DNA of 64,000 nucleotides from Myxococcota bacterium (GTDB lineage: Bacteria; Myxococcota_A; UBA9160; UBA6930): the NCBI GenBank assembly GCA_965223705.1, contig OZ245015.1:1952001-2016000 (forward strand), written 5' to 3'. The position numbers and the translations under genes are program-made. The notes under the pieces are model-generated. The model searched no databases. It saw nothing but the letters and a program-made list of their open reading frames with translations, and was not told where the DNA came from. Below, in pieces: positions 57,416 through 64,000 of this stretch. How positions within the stretch are numbered: the stretch's first letter is position 1; the number at the start of each line of letters is the position of its first letter.

Positions 57416-58116
57416 TACGACGACCTCTTCTGTCCAAAGAGCACTTTCTTCTCGGCGTCGGAAATCCCTTCTTTCAGGATGCGCTCGAACTCCGCGCGCC
57501 CGACGTCGAAACCGCGCTGCACGCCAGGCCGTGCCTGCATCGTCTCGTGCCAGCGCGCGACGTTCGGGAACTCGCTGAGGTCGATACGATGCATGTCGTG
57601 GATCGCGACCCAGCCCCAACAGGCGATGTCGGCGACGGAATACCCGTCGTCGCAGATGTATTCCCGCCCTTCCAGGCGGCCGTCGAGCACGCCGTAGAGA
57701 CGGCCCGCTTCGTCGACGTAGCGATCGATCGCGTATTCGATCGGCTCCGGGGCGTAGCGGGTGAAGTGGTGCACCTGGCCGCACATCGGACCGAGCCCGC
57801 CCATCTGCCACATCAACCATTCGAGCGCCACGGTGCGCTGACGCGGGTCGTCTGACAAAAGCCCGCCGGTCTTTTCCGCCAGGTAGAGCAGAATGGCGCC
57901 CGATTCGAATACCGAAATCGGCGCGCCACCGTCGGCAGGCATCCGGTCGACAATCGCCGGCATGCGATTGTTCGGGCTGATCGCCAGAAAGTCCGGTTTG
58001 AACTGGTCGCCCGCGCCGATGTTCACGTACGTAACGTTGTACGGGAGACCGAGTTCTTCGAGGGCGATCGAGACTTTCCAGCCGTTCGGTGTAGGCCAGT
58101 AGTAGAGGTCGATCAT
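57415..58116 (-). CDS. Glutathione S-transferase (YfcG-like)
   Basis: YYWPTPNGWKV, FESGAILLYLAEK, WQMGGLGPM. Confidence 0.93.
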   Translation of the reverse strand: MIDLYYWPTPNGWKVSIALEELGLPYNVTYVNIGAGDQFKPDFLAISPNNRMPAIVDRMPADGGAPISVFESGAILLYLAEKTGGLLSDDPRQRTVALEWLMWQMGGLGPMCGQVHHFTRYAPEPIEYAIDRYVDEAGRLYGVLDGRLEGREYICDDGYSVADIACWGWVAIHDMHRIDLSEFPNVARWHETMQARPGVQRGFDVGRAEFERILKEGISDAEKKVLFGQKRSS

Positions 58117-58180
58117 CGTTCCGGAATCATACGGACATTCCCGGGGAGAGACGAGGCCGTCCGCCCGTTAGACTCGTTCC

Positions 58181-58792
58181 GTGCTCAAGCTGTCATCGGA
58201 AACCGACGCCCGCTGGGCCGCGTGGGCGGTCGAATACCTGCCCGAAGTGCTCCTCGACCACGCGCACTGCGAGAAAAAGGCGGCGGGCGCCGCAGTGAAC
58301 TTGTTGTTTCGCTATCCCCGGGAGCCGGCCCTTCAGGTACCCCTCGCGAATCTCGCCCGCGAAGAACTCGAGCATTTTGAGGCCGTGCTGGGGGAACTCT
58401 CGCGGCTCGACATCCCGTTTGACTGGCAACGTCCCGGGCCCTACGGCGGCAAGCTGCACGCCATCGTTCGCGCCGAGGAGCCCGAACGGTTGCTCGACAC
58501 GCTCCTCTGTTGCGCGGTGATCGAGGCCCGCAGCTGCGAAAGGCTAAAGCTCCTGGCCGGTGTTCTGGAAGACACCCGACTTCGAGCGTTGTATGAAGCG
58601 TTGCTCGCCTCGGAGGCGCGTCATCATGGCGTTTATGTCGAGCTGGCGCGGACGGTATGCCCGGAACACTCCGCGTTCGAGGCGCGCCTGCGGGAAATCT
58701 GCGATCACGAATCGCGGATCATCGCGTCTGCGCCCGCACTGCCGCGGCTCCATGCAGGCGAGGGCTTCGTGTCGGAGGTCGTCAGGCCCTAG
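58181..58792 (+). CDS. miaE: tRNA-(ms2io6A) hydroxylase
   Basis: DHAHCEKKAA, EELEH, IEARSCER, SEARH di-iron motifs. Confidence 0.92.
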   Translation: MLKLSSETDARWAAWAVEYLPEVLLDHAHCEKKAAGAAVNLLFRYPREPALQVPLANLAREELEHFEAVLGELSRLDIPFDWQRPGPYGGKLHAIVRAEEPERLLDTLLCCAVIEARSCERLKLLAGVLEDTRLRALYEALLASEARHHGVYVELARTVCPEHSAFEARLREICDHESRIIASAPALPRLHAGEGFVSEVVRP

Positions 58793-59901
58793 TCGAGGAT
58801 CCTCCCGAGCGCCTCGAGAAGGGCGTCGACCGTCTCGGAGCGTGCGTTCTCTCCCATCAACCCGATGCGCCAAATGGTTCCGGCCAGCTTTCCGAGTCCC
58901 GCGCCGACCTCGATGCCGTGTTCGAGGAGGAGCGCTTTGCGGACGTCGGCTTCTCCCAGCGAAACGACCGCGTCGGGGAGCCGCACCGACGTCAGCATCG
59001 GAAGCCGGTGCGCCTCGTCGACGAGCGGCTCGAAGCCGAATCGCGCGAGTCCTGCGACAAGGCGCTCCGCGGCCCCCCGGTGTCGCGCCGCGCGGGCTTC
59101 GAGCCCTTCTTCTTCGATGATGCGCAGTCCTTCGTCGAGCCCGTAGATCGCCGAGATGGGCGCTGTGTGGTGGTAGACCCGTTGCCCGCCGCCGTAATAA
59201 CCGGCGAGCAGACCGACGTCGAGGTACCAACTTTGCACCGGTCTCTGACGGTTCCCGGCTCGCTCGACGGCGCGCGGACTGAAGGAGACCGGGGACAGGC
59301 CCGGCGGGCAGGACAGACATTTCTGGGTGCCGCTGTACGCCGCGTCGATCCCCCACGCGTCGAGCGAGACCGGCAAGCCGCCGAGCGACGTCACGCAATC
59401 GAGAACGACCAAGGCGTCGACCTCCGCGGCTGCCGCAGCGATCGTCGGCACCGGCTGGAGTGCGCCGGTGGACGTTTCCGCGTGAACGAAGGACACAACG
59501 CGGGGACGCGTCTTGCGAATCGCATCTCCCATCGCGTCGTCGGACAGCACGGTGCCGGGTTCGGTCTCAACGCGGGTGACCATCGCACCGATGCGCGAAG
59601 CGACTTCGCACATCCGCTCGCCGAAGACGCCCGCGACTCCGACGACCACCGCGTCTCCTGGCTCGAGCAAGTTCACGAGGCACGCTTCCATGCCCGCGCT
59701 GCCGGTCGCCGAAAGGGGAAGTGTCATCGGATTGTCGGTGCCGAAAAGCGGACGCAACCGATCTTTCACGCTGTCCATCATGTCGAGGAAGACCGGGTCG
59801 AGATGACCCAAGAGCGGGCGGCTCATCGCCTCGAGGACGCGGGGCGAAACGTTCGAAGGGCCGGGGCCGAGGAGCAGTCGTCGCGGGAGTTCCGTGGGCA
59901 T
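58789..59901 (-). CDS. Class V PLP aminotransferase (alanine-glyoxylate/serine-pyruvate)
   Basis: LLGPGPS, HAETSTG, DCVTSLGG, SGTQKCLS.PPG, YHHT. Confidence 0.93.
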   Translation of the reverse strand: MPTELPRRLLLGPGPSNVSPRVLEAMSRPLLGHLDPVFLDMMDSVKDRLRPLFGTDNPMTLPLSATGSAGMEACLVNLLEPGDAVVVGVAGVFGERMCEVASRIGAMVTRVETEPGTVLSDDAMGDAIRKTRPRVVSFVHAETSTGALQPVPTIAAAAAEVDALVVLDCVTSLGGLPVSLDAWGIDAAYSGTQKCLSCPPGLSPVSFSPRAVERAGNRQRPVQSWYLDVGLLAGYYGGGQRVYHHTAPISAIYGLDEGLRIIEEEGLEARAARHRGAAERLVAGLARFGFEPLVDEAHRLPMLTSVRLPDAVVSLGEADVRKALLLEHGIEVGAGLGKLAGTIWRIGLMGENARSETVDALLEALGRILD

Positions 59902-59960
59902 CGGCGCAGTATATCCAGGCGCACCGTGCGTCGCCGGGTTACGTTTGCCCGAGGGACCTC

Positions 59961-60116
59961 ATGAAGCGTTGGACCATTTTCTTGCTCGGCCTTCTCATCG
60001 TCGGCGCCGGTTGGTACGTCCTCGCTTCGGGCCCGCGCCCCACACAAGACAGTCACCCCGAGATCGACGCGTCGTCGCGAGAGAAACTCCAGCGCGAACT
60101 CGAGCGCGGCGATTGA
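59961..60116 (+). CDS. Small single-TM protein (51 aa)
   Basis: MKRWTIFLLGLLIVGAGWYVLA...EIDASSREKL; TGATG overlap with the dGTPase start. Confidence 0.6.
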   Translation: MKRWTIFLLGLLIVGAGWYVLASGPRPTQDSHPEIDASSREKLQRELERGD

Positions 60117-61264
60117 TGGGCTCGCTGCGCGAGCAGTACGAAGAGCGGGAGGCAACTCGCCTCGCCGGCTACGCCTTGACCGCACGCGCGTCGCGCGGAC
60201 GCTTGCACCCCGAAGAAGGTCACGCCTACCGCACGGATTTCCAGCGAGACCGCGACCGCATCGTGCATTCCCGGGCGTTTCGGCGCCTCGAATACAAGAC
60301 CCAGGTATTCATCTTTCACGAAGGCGACCACTACCGGAACCGGTTGACCCACACTCTCGAAGCGAGCCAGATCGCCCGCACGATCGCCCGCGTGTTGCGT
60401 GCGAACGAGGACCTCGCCGAAGCCATCGTGCTGGCACACGACTTGGGGCATACGCCGTTCGGCCACGCCGGCGAGCACGCGCTGGCGCGATTGATGGAAA
60501 GCGATGGCGGCTTCGACCACAACCGCCAGACGCTCCGCATCGTCGATTGGCTGGAAGAGCGCTACCCGGCTTTCCGCGGACTCAACCTCACCGACGAGAC
60601 GCGCGAGGGGATCCTGAAGCACGGGTCGAAATGGGACCACCCGGTACCCACGCCGCCACTCGCTGCGAACCCGAGTCTCGAAGCACAGCTCGCCGACGCG
60701 TCGGACGAGATCGCGTACCTGAATCACGACCTCGACGACGGCTTGCGCTCTGGCCTCCTCACCCGCGAACAGCTCGAAGTGCTCTCGCTCTGGCGGGAGG
60801 CGACGCGCCTCGCGAGGGATCGTCACGGGGATCTCGAAAAGGCTGGCGCGCATCCGGCGATCAGCGCGTTGATCGACATGCTGACGACCGATCTCGTTCA
60901 CGCGACGATCGCGCGACTCGAAGAACAGGGCTGTGAGAGCGTCGACGACGTGCGCAACGCTCCGACTCGGGTCGCTGTCTACTCCGACGCCGTTGTCGCC
61001 GCCCGGCGAGAGCTCCGGGAGTTTCTGTTCGACAATTTGTACTACCACCCTCGTGTGCTTCGGATGAGCCGCAAAGCCGAGCGTATCCTGACCGATCTCT
61101 TCGGCATCTATCGCGAAGAACCGCGGCAGCTGCCCGCGCGCGTGACGCGGAATTTCGCCGATGTGGGCGAGGCTCGGGCCATCGCGGACTACATCGCCGG
61201 CATGACCGACCGGTTTGCCCTTTCCGAGCACCGAAAACTCTTCGATCCGCACGAACCGGTCTGA
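60116..61264 (+). CDS. dgt: Deoxyguanosinetriphosphate triphosphohydrolase (HD family)
   Basis: FQRDRDRIVHS.AFRRL..KTQV, RLTHTLE, AHDLGHTPFGHAGE, DYIAGMTD. Confidence 0.94.
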   Translation: MGSLREQYEEREATRLAGYALTARASRGRLHPEEGHAYRTDFQRDRDRIVHSRAFRRLEYKTQVFIFHEGDHYRNRLTHTLEASQIARTIARVLRANEDLAEAIVLAHDLGHTPFGHAGEHALARLMESDGGFDHNRQTLRIVDWLEERYPAFRGLNLTDETREGILKHGSKWDHPVPTPPLAANPSLEAQLADASDEIAYLNHDLDDGLRSGLLTREQLEVLSLWREATRLARDRHGDLEKAGAHPAISALIDMLTTDLVHATIARLEEQGCESVDDVRNAPTRVAVYSDAVVAARRELREFLFDNLYYHPRVLRMSRKAERILTDLFGIYREEPRQLPARVTRNFADVGEARAIADYIAGMTDRFALSEHRKLFDPHEPV

Positions 61265-61324
61265 TATAAGCGGCAGCGAGCGGGTGATCTATCGTCCCCC
61301 GACAAGAGACAGGGGTCGTGAACA

Positions 61325-62515
61325 ATGAGCTTGGCGCAAGCCCTCGAACGTGCGGCTCGGGCGATGCCCGCGACCGCGGATCAGATCCGCCCTGCGAACG
61401 GCGATCCGCACCGGCTTTTGAGTGAACTCGAGGCCGACGCGGCGGGAGAAGTCCTCGCGTGGCTGTTGCGCGAAGAGCCCGACGACGCGGCGGAGTTGGT
61501 CGAGGTCTGGCTCGACGAGCCGTCCGGGCGCGACCTGGTGCTGCAACTCGACGAGGGCGGTCTGCCGAAGGCGAGCCGCAAGCTCCTTCGCCGAGCGCGC
61601 CACGCTTTGCGCTCGAAGGGGATCGATGTGCCCGAAACGCCGCCGGTCGCGCGGGTGGCGTCGCTCCGCAAAGTCGACGACGAGTTCCGCACCGCGGCGC
61701 TCTCGCCGATCGATCCGGCCGGAGCGCGGATGGCCTACCTCGTCGAACCCCATCCGAGTGGCGGCGCTCGCTTGTTCGAGATCGGCTTGTCGAGCTCGAA
61801 AGGTGTCTTGGGCGTGCGGGTGTACTCCGCGAGTCGCAGCAAGATTCGCAGCTTCCTGAAAGAACTGACCGGTCGAGCAGGACAGCCCGGCGTGACCGCT
61901 CCGCCTGACGCGGTCCGGGCGCTGTTCGCGCGGGCGCTCGCGAAGCAGCCCGAGAGCCGCCCCGTGCCGGGCACCGTGGCGGAATGGCGCTCACAGCTCA
62001 TGCCACCCGAGGGCGAGACTCCGGCGACCCCGGCGGAGCGCGTGGTCGAAGCCTTGGGGGAGGTCGCCGCGGACGCCGACGGCGCCATCGAGCTCGCGCG
62101 CACCGCGCGGGTGGGCCCTTGGCCGAGAGACCCGAAAGACCTCGAAGCGCTCGCGGAGAAACTCCGCGATCAGGCGGCCGGGCCGATCGTGTTGAGCCCG
62201 GCTCAGCGCAAAGAGCAGGCGGCCACGTTGATCGACGAGGCTCTGGACGAGTGGTTCGGGGGTGCTGGGGGCGAAGAGATGGCTACCCTGTACCGCGAGT
62301 CCGCGTTCATATTGTGGCAACGCGGCGAAGAAGACACGGCCCGGACCTGTCTGGCCGCAGCCCGGGCTTTCGAAGAGCAACCCCCCACGCGCAATCCCAT
62401 GGCGCGCTTCTTGGTAGAAACACCGCTCGCCGCCGTCCTCGCCGAAGCGACCGGAACGGCCCCCGAGAGCGCTGGAGAAGCGACCGAGGAAGGCACGTCG
62501 CTCATCACCCCCTAA
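61325..62515 (+). CDS. Hypothetical protein
   Basis: 396-aa ORF with host-like codon usage; no motif recognised. Confidence 0.75.
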   Translation: MSLAQALERAARAMPATADQIRPANGDPHRLLSELEADAAGEVLAWLLREEPDDAAELVEVWLDEPSGRDLVLQLDEGGLPKASRKLLRRARHALRSKGIDVPETPPVARVASLRKVDDEFRTAALSPIDPAGARMAYLVEPHPSGGARLFEIGLSSSKGVLGVRVYSASRSKIRSFLKELTGRAGQPGVTAPPDAVRALFARALAKQPESRPVPGTVAEWRSQLMPPEGETPATPAERVVEALGEVAADADGAIELARTARVGPWPRDPKDLEALAEKLRDQAAGPIVLSPAQRKEQAATLIDEALDEWFGGAGGEEMATLYRESAFILWQRGEEDTARTCLAAARAFEEQPPTRNPMARFLVETPLAAVLAEATGTAPESAGEATEEGTSLITP

Positions 62516-62627
62516 AGGTAGGTAGGCCGCATGCAGGCCAGAGGCGTGCGTCCCCCAGATGTCGGGGGACCGCCTGGCCCAAAAAACTCGCCTCGCGCCC
62601 ATGCGAGGCTACGAAGGTTGATGCGTC

Positions 62628-64000
62628 ATGAGACGAGGCTTTGGCCGACGACGTCGGCGACAGAACAGCGACGAACTCCCGGGATTCGATCCCGCCGAAC
62701 TCGAAAAAGTAACGGAGGCGGGCCTGGTTTCGGCTCCACTCGAGAGGCGCGATCTCTCCGCCGTTCCCGCTCACATGGCTGTCGTCGGGACCGCGCAGGA
62801 TGAAGAAAAACAAATCGAGTGGTGGGTCATACGGGCGGAAGGTGTCGCAGAAGCGGTGGCGGCTGCCCTCGTGGTGCGCGACGCCGCGCCCGAAGCGAAC
62901 GCCGGGGTAACCCGGCACATCCTCGCGGTCGCGAATGGCGCGAGTGATTCGGATCGTCGCTCGCTCTCGTGTTTCGGGGCGCTTCCCGCCGAAGTGACGA
63001 GTCATGTCCTCGAGCGCGACATCGCTTTGGCCGGGCCGCCTCCCGAAGAGCGCTCGCCGGTGCCGGTCGATTGGTTCGTTTCCGCGGTCGGCGACGAGGC
63101 CGTACGACTCCTCGCCGATCGCGCGTTGGCTGGCCTCCGCGGCTTGGCGGGGAAATACGCGGGGTCGCTCCGCGCCGATGCTCGTTCGGTGGAACTGTGC
63201 GTCTCCGCACGCCCGGTAGCGGCGCTGCAACTCGAAGGTGAAGCGTTGTCGCTCGTCACGCTTCTTCCGCAACGGTCCGTCGCGCCGCTAGGGAGCGAGT
63301 CGCTGGCCGATGCCCTCGATCGTCTCGAGGGCAACCTGCGCCGCCGGTTGAACGACCGCAAAATACGAGACGGCGAGGAAGGTCTCCGCGGCCGGATGGG
63401 GCCCGTCTTGGCGAGCCACTGTGGCGTCCGGAGCGCTGCGCCGTGGCCTTTGACCGGAGAAGATCCGGACCCGCTCGATTGGGTGGGCGTCGACGCCTCG
63501 GGAGCAGTCGTGTTTGGAACCGCTCGGCTGTCGCTCGGAATCCCCGACCTATTGGCACTGCTCGCCGGCGTGGCGCGCGCGCGTCAGCTCCTGCCGGTGA
63601 TCTTGTCCGATGTCCACGGCCCGATTCGCCCCGACGAAGTGCGACTCGTGATCGCTGCCGAGAGCTACGGCGAGGGAGTCGCGACGCTACTTCCCCGACT
63701 GCGATTCCCCGTCGAATCGCTGTCGATCACGGATATCGCCGCGCAGTCGCCTCCGCTCGCAGCGAAAGCCAAGGCCTCGGGGACCGCCGCTCCTTCCGCC
63801 GGCACCGACGACAAGAGTCGACGCGGCCGAAGTCGGCGCGGGCGCGGGCGGCGACGAACGCCGGACGCGCCGCCGACCGAGGCACCCGCGTCGGAGCCCG
63901 AGGCTTCCGCAGAAGTCGACGCCGAAACATCCGAGCCTGCAGAGCCGGCCATCGAGGAGTTCTCGCTGTTCGACCTCGATGACGACAATGGCGACGACGG
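62628..64000 (+). CDS. Hypothetical protein running off the window (absent from the ORF track); Arg-rich/acidic low-complexity region at the edge
   Basis: Manual translation from ATG 62628 gives MRRGFGRRRRRQNSDELPGFDP...KSRRGRSRRGRGRRR...EEFSLFDLDDD with no stop seen. Confidence 0.7.
   Translation, partial: MRRGFGRRRRRQNSDELPGFDPAELEKVTEAGLVSAPLERRDLSAVPAHMAVVGTAQDEEKQIEWWVIRAEGVAEAVAAALVVRDAAPEANAGVTRHILAVANGASDSDRRSLSCFGALPAEVTSHVLERDIALAGPPPEERSPVPVDWFVSAVGDEAVRLLADRALAGLRGLAGKYAGSLRADARSVELCVSARPVAALQLEGEALSLVTLLPQRSVAPLGSESLADALDRLEGNLRRRLNDRKIRDGEEGLRGRMGPVLASHCGVRSAAPWPLTGEDPDPLDWVGVDASGAVVFGTARLSLGIPDLLALLAGVARARQLLPVILSDVHGPIRPDEVRLVIAAESYGEGVATLLPRLRFPVESLSITDIAAQSPPLAAKAKASGTAAPSAGTDDKSRRGRSRRGRGRRRTPDAPPTEAPASEPEASAEVDAETSEPAEPAIEEFSLFDLDDDNGDD

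Noticed and set aside
60116..61264. Anti-phage defence island
   Set aside because: The context is housekeeping (miaE, YqeY, aminotransferase) and no other defence domains were recognised.
62601..62630. Selenocysteine or readthrough at the in-frame TGA (62619-62621) before the last ORF
   Set aside because: It would add only 9 residues with no redox motif or evident SECIS; ATG 62628 is a sufficient start.

Overview
GC-rich bacterial chromosome segment with about 60 genes. The sequence looks like Myxococcota or another deltaproteobacterium (inference from the DUF4388-like/DnaJ/TPR, V4R-STAS and PilZ proteins and sigma54-type promoters). It is dominated by catabolic and redox paralog families: 4 luciferase-like monooxygenases, 3 amidohydrolases, 2 PhyH-type Fe/2OG dioxygenases, 2 GSTs, several alpha/beta hydrolases, a P450, an AOR-family enzyme and a Mo-bisPGD oxidoreductase. 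It also holds transporters (SSS, 3 MFS, RND), a few housekeeping genes (rfbB, AlkA-like glycosylase, ndh, miaE, dGTPase, YqeY) and one tRNA-Glu(UUC) followed by a roughly 6 kb accessory-looking stretch. I saw no CRISPR array, integrase, transposase, prophage or recognisable defence system. The most notable observations are: (1) a sigma54-type operon encoding a V4R-STAS sensor with Glu at both RsbR phospho-Thr positions, abutting a J-domain/TPR gene; (2) a cupin closely resembling plant auxin-binding protein 1, heading a catabolic operon; (3) three tandem paralogs of an unknown membrane-anchored family, two sharing a duplicated promoter and one internally deleted; (4) a 35-bp duplicated promoter linking the AOR, PhyH and Mo-enzyme genes; (5) a motif-degenerate AAA+ protein; (6) clear operator palindromes; (7) recurrent leaderless-type promoters. 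All family assignments come from motif recognition by eye; no searches were run.
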